From: an uncultured Spirochaetota bacterium
Lineage (GTDB): Bacteria > Spirochaetota > UBA4802 > UBA5550
DNA length: 64,000 bases
Assembly (NCBI GenBank): GCA_942491575.1
Contig: CALOBT010000025.1
Location: 1,664,299-1,728,298, forward strand
Reading direction: 5' to 3'
The position numbers and the translations under genes were made by a program. Every line of letters starts with the position of its first letter. Positions within the stretch are counted from its first letter, which is position 1. Below the pieces are notes generated by a model, which did no database searches, had not been told where the DNA came from, and worked only from the letters and a program-made list of their open reading frames with translations. This document shows, in pieces, positions 46,487 through 56,117 of this stretch.

Positions 46487-48941
46487 ACTCAAAGTAGTGT
46501 TCCATTTCTTCGGGATGTTTACCTTCCGCATTCTGGTACTTCTTGAAGCGTCTTTCATATCCCTCAATGGTCTTTTTGGAAATATTCTTATACCGGGTCG
46601 CGTACTTGGTAAATGCGGGCATGTTCTCCAGTCTTGCCCGAAGGTCATGGGGAAAGGGGATATGCTTAAAGAACATTTCCCTCACCACCGCGTTCAGTTT
46701 CATTATGCCGTCCTTTTCGAACATCACCCACATGAGATAGTCATCGGCAAAACGGTCACGGTTGGTACGAAGGCTTCTGAACTTTTCCTTAATTTTATCC
46801 TTTGCTTCAGCAGAAAGATTTGAATTCTTTTTATAGGTATTCACATAGTCAAAGTATTCACCGGTAACACCGCCATCTATTGGGTCAGCCCACATGGCGC
46901 CCTTCATGGTACGGTTCAGCTCCCAGCGGAAGCAGGCTACTGTATGGGCCAGGTTCTTTTGCAGGTCCCCAAGGAAAAACATGGGAACCACAATTCGCCC
47001 ACGGGACCTCTTGTTGGTACCGGAGAGTTCCTGCCAGAGGAGGGTTCTGGTACCGAAAATCGGCAGAACGATAACATAGGGTAAAATTTCCTCCATCACA
47101 ATCTCCCGGGCATCACCGATTTTCAAAACGGTTTCACGGTAGAATGCGGAAAAATCAACATCCCTGATATCGCTGAGGGTTTTCTCGATTTTAGCCTTTG
47201 ACGAATGCATTGAAGCGAGGCTTCCCTTCACCGCAAGGGAGGTAAGTATAGGAAAGGCCGTTGATGTTGAACCGGAACAGACCGCAGCGGTACTTGCAAG
47301 ACGCTGTTCTATTTCATAGATGGTCTTTTTCAGGTTTTCATCAAAGACCTGTGCATTCCGACTCTCCTTACGGCTTCGATGCTTCTCCTCCTCCCGGAGA
47401 TGCGCTTCATAGGTGAGGCCCATTTCGGTAATACTGGGCATTTCCGTCTGGTTATAGATTAAAGAGAGAAATTCCTCTTCATAGAGAATCGGGAAGGTCT
47501 TGCTCTCCTCTGTCATACGGTAGAGATCGTTTAACTCCTGGAGCTGTTCAGGTTCCACGAGAGCCTCATCAAGGTATCCGTAACGAAGCATCAGCTGCAC
47601 CGGCTTGGGAAGTTTCGATTCCGACTTGCTTCTGATATATGCCTGCTTGTATATTTCCCAGTAGAGCTTGGTTATATGGCGGCGAAGTTTTCTGCCGTCA
47701 CTCTCAGTATTAAAGGGATTTTTCTGATTTTTAAAATCATTGAGAAGCTTCAAAAACTGGTTCTGAACCTCTTTTTCAATGACTGCAAATTCAAAAACCT
47801 GCTGAATGGAATGATCATATCCCGTTACGGTTAAATTTTTCTTTATAGCCGGGGCGCCTTCAATGACAGCTTCTCCTGATGACGCCGCTTGAACTGCCGG
47901 GGGCTGGTCCTTTTGGGAAGTAAAATACTGGTGAATCAGCCGGATACCGGGGAAATTGCCGGTCATTTTGCGTCCCGTCATTTCTTCATATACGGCATTC
48001 AACTTCACCAGGAGGGTAAGAAAGTTTTTAATAAAATCATCCGTGAGCCTGCCGCTTCCGCGCCACTCATTAAAGCCACCGTTCTCTACAAGGTATTCTG
48101 ACCAGCTGCCGGATTCGCCGAAAAGTTTATCAAGTTCACTGTCTATGGAGTCTACAGTCATGTTAATCCTGTCAAGGACCTTCAGATAAACCTCAGCGGA
48201 CATACGGTACATATCAACGGCAATGCCGGGATCTGTCCGTATCATGGTCCCGCTCAGTTTCGGGGGAAGTTTAAGGAGTTTCTTAATGAACTCAGAGACA
48301 TCCCCACGATTGATTGCATTTATGGATTCTCCGGGAATTTCATAGCGTCTGCTCAAAAACCGGCTGTTATCCGCCACAAGAAACTGGGCGCCGAATTTTT
48401 CCGGGAACTGACCCCCGCTGGAGATAAAATTACCGTGAAGCATTTCAGCCTTAGAATGAAGATTTTCTGCAGCATTTGACTGTGATAATTCTTTATAGAT
48501 CAATGAAATATTGTCACTGATCATGCTTATATTCTGAAAGAGTTTTGCCAGTTTTCCCGTTTCAGCTATCGAGGCATTTGCCCGGCTGTAGAGCTGCCGC
48601 AGAACATTCACCACCTGAACGGGATCTGAGGCAGTCATCGATTCAAAACTTCCCCCTGAAAAGGGAATGCGTACAATAGAACAATCAGATGCAGCCCGCA
48701 GGGAATTGCGATATGGTTCACCCGGGATCGGGCTGAGACCTGCAACAAGCCCCTTATTTTTAATAAGGGTGACACGTTTGCTCTTTGATGCGATAATTCC
48801 GCCGTCAAGACCGGCGAACTCACCAGAGGCGATAAGAACTTCCAGGACACCATCCTGCAGCATAATAAATTCCGCGGGCATCTCTCCCTGGATGAGAATC
48901 ATTTGTCCGCTTTTTACAACTTCCCGCCTCTCGTCTGCCAT
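46473..48941 (-). CDS. Large (822 aa) uncharacterised protein with an N-terminal cyclic-nucleotide-binding-like beta-barrel
   Basis: The N-terminus GQMILIQGEMPAEFIMLQDGVLEV...GLVAGLSPIPGEPYRNSLRAASDCSIVRIP resembles a CAP-type cNMP domain with an Arg-containing phosphate-binding-cassette-like segment. The remaining ~700 aa are mostly helical by composition, with no P-loop or other motif recognised. Confidence 0.6.
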   Translation of the reverse strand: MADERREVVKSGQMILIQGEMPAEFIMLQDGVLEVLIASGEFAGLDGGIIASKSKRVTLIKNKGLVAGLSPIPGEPYRNSLRAASDCSIVRIPFSGGSFESMTASDPVQVVNVLRQLYSRANASIAETGKLAKLFQNISMISDNISLIYKELSQSNAAENLHSKAEMLHGNFISSGGQFPEKFGAQFLVADNSRFLSRRYEIPGESINAINRGDVSEFIKKLLKLPPKLSGTMIRTDPGIAVDMYRMSAEVYLKVLDRINMTVDSIDSELDKLFGESGSWSEYLVENGGFNEWRGSGRLTDDFIKNFLTLLVKLNAVYEEMTGRKMTGNFPGIRLIHQYFTSQKDQPPAVQAASSGEAVIEGAPAIKKNLTVTGYDHSIQQVFEFAVIEKEVQNQFLKLLNDFKNQKNPFNTESDGRKLRRHITKLYWEIYKQAYIRSKSESKLPKPVQLMLRYGYLDEALVEPEQLQELNDLYRMTEESKTFPILYEEEFLSLIYNQTEMPSITEMGLTYEAHLREEEKHRSRKESRNAQVFDENLKKTIYEIEQRLASTAAVCSGSTSTAFPILTSLAVKGSLASMHSSKAKIEKTLSDIRDVDFSAFYRETVLKIGDAREIVMEEILPYVIVLPIFGTRTLLWQELSGTNKRSRGRIVVPMFFLGDLQKNLAHTVACFRWELNRTMKGAMWADPIDGGVTGEYFDYVNTYKKNSNLSAEAKDKIKEKFRSLRTNRDRFADDYLMWVMFEKDGIMKLNAVVREMFFKHIPFPHDLRARLENMPAFTKYATRYKNISKKTIEGYERRFKKYQNAEGKHPEEMEHYFEFMKM

Positions 48942-49300
48942 CAGTCCTGATGCCCGTCCTTTTTAATTTGATTCATATATTCTTCCCATTCTGTCGGGAG
49001 GAGATATTTTTTCTTATTGTTGCACTCCTTACAGGCGGCAACAATATTTATTTTTTCACTCATCCCCCCACGCGAGAGAGGAATTTTATGATCCATGGTA
49101 AGTTCTTCCGGAGAAAATTTTTCACCACAGTAATGGCAGAGGCCTTCACTGATTTTCCTCTTCCACCAGGGAGTCTTTCTCATCTCACGCGCCTTCTGCT
49201 TCTCACGTGAAACGTGTTCATCCATAAGTGAAAATTCACCATCAAAATTCTGCTTCTGGTTCTGGCGGCGCCTTTTATCTCTTTTATTTCCCTTCGACAT
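48941..49300 (-). CDS. Small HNH endonuclease with a basic N-terminal tail
   Basis: CHYCGEKF...DHKIPLSRGG...NIVAACKECNNKK (HNH with CxxC pairs). Its stop overlaps the start of the 822-aa gene (TGATG at 48939-48943). Confidence 0.85.
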   Translation of the reverse strand: MSKGNKRDKRRRQNQKQNFDGEFSLMDEHVSREKQKAREMRKTPWWKRKISEGLCHYCGEKFSPEELTMDHKIPLSRGGMSEKINIVAACKECNNKKKYLLPTEWEEYMNQIKKDGHQD

Positions 49301-49658
49301 GGAGCGATTCTTCCTGAAACTATTATGCTATCAATTACAAATATCTGTCAATGATTATTAGAATATTACAAATCACCTTACCATAAAGGCACTTTTGCAC
49401 AATGCTGTCTGCAGGGGAGCTTCAATTTAACAAAATTTCAGCCCTCTCCTGTGGGTACATATTTTATAAGAATCTGGCAAATAAATACATTTTAATATTT
49501 TATTAAATTTGAAAAAATCTCCTTAGAATGCAAAAAAGAAATATAAAATATAAATGTAGAAAAGTGTGTATTCGATGAAAGGGACAGGTGCCAGGGAACA
49601 GGTATCAAGATTTAATCAATGCAGCCTTTAGACCTTTTTCACCCGCATAATCCGCCTT

Positions 49659-50597
49659 CTAAGAAAAACTCTCCCCCGGCTCGAGGCGGGCGCCGTTTAA
49701 AAAAGCGGGTCCATCCATCTTCTTTTTATTCTCCATCTGCAGTTCCAGGATTTCAAGGGGACCGGAACCGGTTCCCACCAGGAGATGTTTTTTACGGTAG
49801 CGCAGAAGTTCACCCGGAGCGGGATTCGGCAAATCGGTAAAATCGGCACCGACAAGGGAAGTTTTCCATATGCGGATATTCTTTTCACGAAATGCAGACC
49901 AGGCTACTGGACGCGGATTGAGTCCCCGCACCAGGTTGTGAATTTCTTCCGCGGACCGGGACCAGTCGACACAGGCCATATCACGGGTTATTTTACCGCA
50001 GTGAGTGGCATCCTCTTCTATCTGCGCTACAGGTGTTATAGTTCCCGCAGCGAGTCCCTCGATTGCCATGTTTACCAGCCGGGCCCCCATGGGGAGCACC
50101 AGGTCAAAAAGTTCTCCCGAGGTAATATTCTCATCGAGTAAAAACTCCTCCTGCAGAACTATATCCCCTGCATCCATCCTTTCATTGATAAGCTGTACAG
50201 TGACACCGGTTTTTTCTTCCCCGTTCATCAATACCCATGGAATGGGTGCGGCGCCGCGGTATTTCGGCAGCAGTGAAGGATGCAGGTTGATTGTTTTCAG
50301 GGGGGGGAAGTTGAAAATTTCCTTCGGGATCAGTTTCCCGTAGGCGACCACAACGAATATATCCGCATCGTAGCTTTGAACTTCCTTCACAAACTCTTCA
50401 TCTTTTAAATTATCAGGCTGCAGCACCGGAATATCATGGCACACCGCGGCATCCTTGGCGGGACAGCACTGCATATGCTGGTGCCGCCCGGTAGGTTTAT
50501 CGCAGGGGGTAACGGCAAAAATAATTTCATGTTCCTTTGCCAGCTCCTCCAGACAATGGGCGGCGATATCGGGTGTTCCGAAAAATCCGATTTTCAT
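49659..50597 (-). CDS. fmt: Methionyl-tRNA formyltransferase
   Basis: MKIGFFGTPDIA, NLHPSLLPKYRGAAPI. Confidence 0.95.
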   Translation of the reverse strand: MKIGFFGTPDIAAHCLEELAKEHEIIFAVTPCDKPTGRHQHMQCCPAKDAAVCHDIPVLQPDNLKDEEFVKEVQSYDADIFVVVAYGKLIPKEIFNFPPLKTINLHPSLLPKYRGAAPIPWVLMNGEEKTGVTVQLINERMDAGDIVLQEEFLLDENITSGELFDLVLPMGARLVNMAIEGLAAGTITPVAQIEEDATHCGKITRDMACVDWSRSAEEIHNLVRGLNPRPVAWSAFREKNIRIWKTSLVGADFTDLPNPAPGELLRYRKKHLLVGTGSGPLEILELQMENKKKMDGPAFLNGARLEPGESFS

Positions 50598-51118
50598 ATT
50601 TTTTTATTCAGCTTCCTGATTTTTTTCAACTGCGACCTGAGTTCATTCCGTTCATATGGTTCAAGGTAGTCTATGAAAAGTTTTCCATTCAGATGATCAA
50701 TCTCATGCTGCAGGACCCGCGCGAGAAGACCATCCGCCTCTATCTCAACTTCATCCCCGTCTGCATTCAGACCCGTTACAAAAATCTCAGAGGGCCTGAC
50801 AATATCCGCAGCAATGGCGGGGACCGAGAGACATCCCTCTTCATAGGATTCGGTCCTGTCGGAGAAATCTTTGATCACCGGATTGATCAGGGTCATAGCG
50901 GGCCCTCCGCTGTCCTCAATATCCAGAATAATGAGACGTTTACTCACTTCAACCTGGGGAGCCGCAAGACCTATTCCACGATTTTTATACATCACTTTGT
51001 ACATGGAATCAATAAGTTTAATTAATTTACCATCGATTCCCGTCACTTCTTCCGCTATCTGCTTTAATGTTTCGTTTCCATAATATACAAGTTTTGTTGC
51101 CATGATCCTGTCCGCCAT
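50594..51118 (-). CDS. def: Peptide deformylase
   Basis: GIGLAAPQV, EGCLSVP, QHEIDHLNG. 4-nt overlap with fmt. Confidence 0.95.
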   Translation of the reverse strand: MADRIMATKLVYYGNETLKQIAEEVTGIDGKLIKLIDSMYKVMYKNRGIGLAAPQVEVSKRLIILDIEDSGGPAMTLINPVIKDFSDRTESYEEGCLSVPAIAADIVRPSEIFVTGLNADGDEVEIEADGLLARVLQHEIDHLNGKLFIDYLEPYERNELRSQLKKIRKLNKKI

Positions 51119-51336
51119 TACAGTATTTAATGGTTTACTAAAATAATAATAAATTTTTACCTGCTAAGCAACTATTTTAGGCAAAATCACCCATTTCCTG
51201 TCAAGGTTGATTTTCATATACTAAAAAAAATAAAAAATCGTTCCACCTGGACGGTTTTTTATTGACACCCTGTGTGAAATTCTTTACACTATCATAAAGA
51301 GAAATACAATGAAGCTAATTGAAACAGGGGGCTCGG

Positions 51337-52227
51337 ATGACAAAAAAAATTCTGTGTGTGACTTTCTTATCCTTAATTCTGCTTCCCGCGGCACTTTTCG
51401 CCGGCGGAAGTGACGACAGCTCAAAATGTGATACCATCTACCCGATAGTTCTCTCCCACGGCATGGGAGCGAGTTATGAAATTGCCTGGGGCATTGAAAA
51501 ATACTGGCATGATATCCCCGGTGCTCTGCAGGATGAAGGCGCAGAAGTTTATATCACTTCTGTTGATGCCATGGGAACAACAGCAGAGAAGGCGTGGCAG
51601 TGGTACCAGAATATTCTTGAGATCAAGGCAATCAGCGGAGCCGAAAAACTTAATGTAATCGGCCATTCCCACGGATCAGTTTACACTCGCCTTGCCATCA
51701 GCAATTATCCAGGCGTCGCAGACATGATCGCCTCTCATACAAGTATTGCCGGTCCGCACCGGGGCAGCGCAATGGCGGAAGTCGTAATGGGCCTCATCAA
51801 GGATAACTTCCTTGCAGATCTGATTGATGCCGCTATAAAACTGATAATGTCCAATAATAGTTCAGATACGGTAGCCAATCTGGCTGACCTAACCAGGGAT
51901 TACATGAATAATGTATTTAACCCCAATGTTCCCAATGCAGAGGGAATCTATTATCAGAGCTACGCCTACAAGATTTCTTCACTCCTGGGTTCCGGTCTTT
52001 TTGCCGCTACATGGCCCATCCTCTCCTATCTTGAGGGAGACAATGACGGACTCGTTTCTGTAACCTCTGCCAAATGGGGAAAATTCAGGGGTGTCATCAA
52101 CGGTACATCGTGGATCGGCGTAAACCACCTGGGAGCCGTTGACATGATGTGGGGCCTCACCCCGGGTTTTGATGCACCGGATCATTTCATAGATATTGTT
52201 TCTTCCCTGAAAGATATGGGATATTAA
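51337..52227 (+). CDS. Secreted triacylglycerol lipase-type alpha/beta hydrolase (family I lipase-like)
   Basis: Signal peptide, YPIVLSHGMG (oxyanion region), nucleophile elbow VIGHSHGS. ATG 51337 is preferred over the TTG at 51319. Confidence 0.75.
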   Translation: MTKKILCVTFLSLILLPAALFAGGSDDSSKCDTIYPIVLSHGMGASYEIAWGIEKYWHDIPGALQDEGAEVYITSVDAMGTTAEKAWQWYQNILEIKAISGAEKLNVIGHSHGSVYTRLAISNYPGVADMIASHTSIAGPHRGSAMAEVVMGLIKDNFLADLIDAAIKLIMSNNSSDTVANLADLTRDYMNNVFNPNVPNAEGIYYQSYAYKISSLLGSGLFAATWPILSYLEGDNDGLVSVTSAKWGKFRGVINGTSWIGVNHLGAVDMMWGLTPGFDAPDHFIDIVSSLKDMGY

Positions 52228-52245
52228 ACCTCCATACATATTATT

Positions 52246-52280
52246 AAAAAGGCGGCGTTTAAAAACGACGCCTTTTTTTT
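52246..52280 (+). terminator. Intrinsic terminator after the lipase gene
   Basis: aaaaa-ggcggcgtt-taaa-aacgacgcc-tttttttt (one mismatch in the stem). Confidence 0.8.
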
Positions 52281-52385
52281 GAAGGGGCCGTTGGCCAACG
52301 TCACCTTCAAAAAAATAAAAAAATATTTTTAAATTTTATTGACAGATATTACCCATATTGTTTTATGTATCTCGCAGCAACGAAA

Positions 52386-52460
52386 GGGGTGTTAGCTCAG
52401 TTTGGTTAGAGTACCTGCCTGTCACGCAGGGGGTCGCGAGTTCGAGTCTCGTACACCCCG
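52386..52460 (+). tRNA. tRNA-Asp (anticodon GTC)
   Basis: Acceptor stem GGGGTGT/ACACCCC, D arm GCTCAGTTTGGTTAGAGT, anticodon arm CCTGC-CTGTCAC-GCAGG (GTC at 52421-23), T arm GCGAGTTCGAGTCTCGT, discriminator G. CCA is not encoded. Confidence 0.95.
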
Positions 52461-52470
52461 AAGCTAACAG

Positions 52471-52502
52471 AAAAAGGATGTCCGAAAGGGCATCCTTTTT
52501 TA
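52471..52502. terminator. Bidirectional intrinsic terminator after tRNA-Asp
   Basis: aaaaa-ggatgtcc-gaaa-gggcatcc-ttttttt. It also faces the 3' end of the minus-strand gene ending at 52520. Confidence 0.85.
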
Positions 52503-52519
52503 TTTTATCTGATAAAAAT

Positions 52520-52975
52520 TTACTGTTTGGTGTAGACTTCACCGCCTACCAGGGTACTCGGACGTGTTGACTCAGCACCGGCTATTGTGAGAGTCTGACC
52601 ACCGTTTGTAATAGCATAAATATCATACATTGTTGTATCAGAGATGAGGTAATCAATTGCCGTAGCCGTGCCACCTTCGGTCAGGCTAACTTCCCCCCCT
52701 ACAGTATAGGTGGCGTTTATAGTATCACCGTTCTGAAGTTCACCAGCGCTGCAGGTACCGTCAGTTGAGGAGTAATCGTATTCAATCCTCACTACTGAAT
52801 CATCACTGCCAAAGGTCAAATCCCTGCCCACATCATAACCGGCCTGGTCAATATACTCGCAGGAAATCCAGTTCCCCACCAGGGAATAACCTCCACTGTC
52901 ATCTTCACACATAGCACCACTCAGGGCCAAAAAAGCCATAGAAATAATCAGAAAAGAAAAACATTTTCTCAACAT
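52520..52975 (-). CDS. Small exported protein (lipocalin-like size), function unknown
   Basis: MLRKCFSFLIISMAFLALSGAMC signal, then beta-rich sequence (LVGNWISCEY...). Start is taken at the ATG 5 codons inside the track ORF. Confidence 0.5.
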   Translation of the reverse strand: MLRKCFSFLIISMAFLALSGAMCEDDSGGYSLVGNWISCEYIDQAGYDVGRDLTFGSDDSVVRIEYDYSSTDGTCSAGELQNGDTINATYTVGGEVSLTEGGTATAIDYLISDTTMYDIYAITNGGQTLTIAGAESTRPSTLVGGEVYTKQ

Positions 52976-53244
52976 AATATTTGCCTCCAAACCTGTAATA
53001 TATACTGCCCAAAATACTTCTAATTGGAGGAGTAATCAAAATTTTCTTATATATTCCAATCCTTATGGGTAAAAAATTCAACAATCCCCGTGGATATATA
53101 ACCTTCCGTTTTCCGGTATTATATGCCTTATTATTTCACTTGACCACCTGCGCATCCGTGACTACAGTATTAGTTATGTAGAGATAAAAACAGGCGAACA
53201 TAATCATCCTCCGGGAAAACCTGCCATGATAAAGGAGCATCGGA

Positions 53245-54954
53245 ATGTACAGAAATGTCTGGTCAGCAAAACAGCGTAAAGAAATGATAAAGCAGGCACA
53301 AGCCGGTGAATTTGATCTTATTATTGTCGGTGGGGGGATCACCGGCGCCGGTATTGCACGCGAGGCGGCCCTCAGGGGGCTCTCCTTCTGTCTCCTCGAA
53401 AAGAATGACTTTGCCTTCGGCACATCCTCCAGGTCATCGAAACTTTTCCACGGAGGTCTCCGATATCTCTCCAGCGGCGAGTTCGGCCTGGTGCGGGAAT
53501 CCACCACTGAAAGAAACTGGCTGATGCACCACTTCCCCAACCTGGTGCGCCCCCTCGGCTTCATGTTCTGCAGCTATGAAAAAGGGAAAGACAGTCCCTT
53601 CAGGGTATTCCTGGCGGTAAAACTCTATGACATCCTCTCCAATTATTTCAGTAAATTCAAAAACTTCCGGCGGGCACGAATCTTTCGCCGTGACTTCATT
53701 GAAGAATTCGAACCCACGGTTGCCCTGGAGACACCTGAGCTGGGCAAACTCAAAATGGCTGGATTCTATTATGACACAAACTGTGACGATTCACGGGTCA
53801 CCCTGGAAATCATAAAGGAGAGTGTCGCCAGGTCAGGCAACACCTCGGTTGCCCTGAACTACTGCAAAGTGTTGAGTTTTAATGATGAAGGAAGTCAATG
53901 CCCCTGCGTCACGGCATTTGACTCTGAAGGAGAAAAAAAATTCACAGTAAGGGGCAAGGTCATCGTCTCCGCATCAGGTATCTGGACGGATGAACTTCTT
54001 CAGGAAGGAAGGTACTCCGAAGAAAAAGTATATCCAACCAAGGGGGTTCACATCGTCGTCCCCAACGAAAGGCTCGGCAACAGAAATGCCTTCGGGATCC
54101 GTTCCCTCGATGACGGGCGCTTCTTCTTCATTCTGCGCCGGGGAAACACCAGTGTTATCGGCACAACCGATACCGCCTACTACCCGGAGTCGCGCAACCT
54201 GGATGAACCGTGGTGCAAAAAAGAAGACTGCGATTATCTTCTAAGCACGGTAAACCGGTTATTTCCCCATGCGCGCCTCACCTACGATGACATCATCGGC
54301 ACATGGGCGGGGATCCGCCCCCTCATCAAATCTGAAGGGGCGAAGCATGAATCTGATGTTTCACGGACCCATGAAATATTCGAAACCCCCGACGGCATTG
54401 TCTCCATTGCGGGGGGGAAATCTACTACACACCGACGTATGGCGGAAGACCTCCTCTTCCACCTCTATGACACGGGAAAACTCCCTGAACCTGAAGAGAA
54501 GGAATACAGGCAGAAAAACTTCTCCATGCAGCCCTTCACCGTTGGCCTCACACGCGAAGAATTTGACCGCATTGTTACGGAAGAACACCTTGCGGAACAT
54601 TCATGGCCGCAGCAGCTTGAATACCTCCACCAGCAGTTCGGCATCCAGGGCATCGAGATACTGCGCATTATAAAGAAAAAACCGAAACAGGGGGCTCCCC
54701 TCCTGGAGGGATATCCTCACTGCGAAGCGGAAATACATTACATTCTGGAACATGAGGCGACACCCCACCTTGCAGACATTCTCTGCCGCCGCACAGAGGC
54801 CCAGTGGAACATCTGGCACTACCTGCAGAAAGAACTTGCAGCAAAGGTTGCCGATATCATGGCACACTACTACCGGTGGTCACCGGCAAAAAAGAAGAAG
54901 GAAGTCGCCGCTTACCTTGATTATGTAAAAAAGACTGTCTCTTTTATAAAATAA
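53245..54954 (+). CDS. FAD-dependent glycerol-3-phosphate dehydrogenase/oxidase family protein
   Basis: DLIIVGGGITGAGIAREAALRG (dinucleotide fold), GTSSRSSKLFHGGLRYL, GGKSTTHR; 569 aa. Confidence 0.85.
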   Translation: MYRNVWSAKQRKEMIKQAQAGEFDLIIVGGGITGAGIAREAALRGLSFCLLEKNDFAFGTSSRSSKLFHGGLRYLSSGEFGLVRESTTERNWLMHHFPNLVRPLGFMFCSYEKGKDSPFRVFLAVKLYDILSNYFSKFKNFRRARIFRRDFIEEFEPTVALETPELGKLKMAGFYYDTNCDDSRVTLEIIKESVARSGNTSVALNYCKVLSFNDEGSQCPCVTAFDSEGEKKFTVRGKVIVSASGIWTDELLQEGRYSEEKVYPTKGVHIVVPNERLGNRNAFGIRSLDDGRFFFILRRGNTSVIGTTDTAYYPESRNLDEPWCKKEDCDYLLSTVNRLFPHARLTYDDIIGTWAGIRPLIKSEGAKHESDVSRTHEIFETPDGIVSIAGGKSTTHRRMAEDLLFHLYDTGKLPEPEEKEYRQKNFSMQPFTVGLTREEFDRIVTEEHLAEHSWPQQLEYLHQQFGIQGIEILRIIKKKPKQGAPLLEGYPHCEAEIHYILEHEATPHLADILCRRTEAQWNIWHYLQKELAAKVADIMAHYYRWSPAKKKKEVAAYLDYVKKTVSFIK

Positions 54955-54956
54955 AT

Positions 54957-54991
54957 AAAAAAGGGGGTGTCCCAAAAGGGTGCCCCTTTTT
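54957..54991 (+). terminator. Intrinsic terminator after the glycerol-3-P dehydrogenase gene
   Basis: aaaaaa-ggggg..ccc-aaaa-ggg..cccc-ttttt; interrupted stem with flanking A and T runs. Confidence 0.7.
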
Positions 54992-55025
54992 GCGTAATGC
55001 CCCGGCATCCGAGACTGGAAGAATT

Positions 55026-55055
55026 CTAAGGGGGGCTAAGCCGAGCCCCCCTTAG
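55026..55055. other. Strong GC hairpin in a long non-coding gap
   Basis: ctaaggggggc-taagccga-gccccccttag: perfect 11-bp stem. Confidence 0.7.
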
Positions 55056-55423
55056 AGATCCCCGCGTCCTCCTGGGCGGAGAGCCTGATCAATCATTGAT
55101 TAAATATTCTATTCTGTCATAGTAGTACTGCAGGAGAGCGGATTGATTAATCTCGAAAAATTTTTTTAGACGGCACAAAAATCGAAGACAATGCGAATAA
55201 ATATACTTTCGTGTGGGGATTACTCAGTATTGCTCATAATATGTTGAAAATACCAATCTAATAAAGCCACAAGAGTAAATTGGCAAAAAATCCAGTGTCA
55301 AAATATCTATAAAAAAAGGCCGCCCAAAACTTTGTTTTGAGACGGCCCCCACAGCATGCCATGAGTAGAAACATGTCATAAAAATGAGAGAAATTGTTAT
55401 TGCCGGTTTTTATAAAGTTTCAG

Positions 55424-55445
55424 GATTGTGCCCGCCGGCACAATC
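55424..55445 (-). terminator. Hairpin after the aldolase operon (putative terminator)
   Basis: gattgtgcc-cgcc-ggcacaatc, a perfect 9-bp stem 12 nt past the stop at 55457. The U-tract is poor. Confidence 0.5.
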
Positions 55446-55456
55446 ATATAAAATCC

Positions 55457-56113
55457 TTAACGATTGGTTTCATCCGCCTTTGAATATTTCAGTACATAGA
55501 CGAAACGCATCAGGTTGCACTCCAGTGCATTGATTTTTATGCCGCCGCCCAGAAATGATGTTTCGATAAAGGTCTTGCATCCCTTCTCCAGAACCTGTGC
55601 TACGGCATGTGCATCGTCGAAGTTGCCGGCACCGCAGATGGCGCCGTTATCCTTCAGCAATGCTCCGCTGCGACGTTTTAATGCCTTTAGAACCGATTTG
55701 ACAGTTGATGCCTCAACGGGGAGAGCATAATCAGCCACTCGAACCGTTGCACCTGCGATCTGTGCCAGGTCATCCAGCATGGGGTAAACGGTTTTACCCG
55801 CCCGGGAAGAGGTCATTACATTGAGCTGATTCGTATGAATCAGGGCATTAAACTTCTTCTTGCTCCTGTAAATTGCACTGTGCAGGGGGGCCGCCTGAGA
55901 GGCAACAAGCCCCTCTTCGCTTCCGCCGGTTGCCAAATCCACTACAACCAGATTTTCCGGGGTACACGCCGCAATGTTCATCCCCTCAAAGGTAATAACC
56001 ATTTTATCATCGGCGCGGCAGCTCATGATGCCTCCCTCAGAAGGAACAATCCCTTCTTCTACAAGACGGGAAGCCCACTGACAGAGATATTTTTTTGCTT
56101 CTGTTACATTCAT
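55457..56113 (-). CDS. Class II aldolase/adducin-fold protein lacking the catalytic/metal residues (probable non-catalytic paralog)
   Basis: It aligns by eye with the upstream paralog, but HTH is replaced by IHTNQ, ANHG by KDNG, and PSSE by ASQA. Confidence 0.7.
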   Translation of the reverse strand: MNVTEAKKYLCQWASRLVEEGIVPSEGGIMSCRADDKMVITFEGMNIAACTPENLVVVDLATGGSEEGLVASQAAPLHSAIYRSKKKFNALIHTNQLNVMTSSRAGKTVYPMLDDLAQIAGATVRVADYALPVEASTVKSVLKALKRRSGALLKDNGAICGAGNFDDAHAVAQVLEKGCKTFIETSFLGGGIKINALECNLMRFVYVLKYSKADETNR

Positions 56114-56117
56114 TTCC

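Noticed and set aside
52228-52519. tRNA-Asp considered as an integration hotspot flanked by a genomic island.
   Set aside because: There is no integrase, no direct repeat of the tRNA 3' end, and no compositional break visible by eye. The flanking genes (lipase, small exported protein, glycerol-3-P dehydrogenase) look native.
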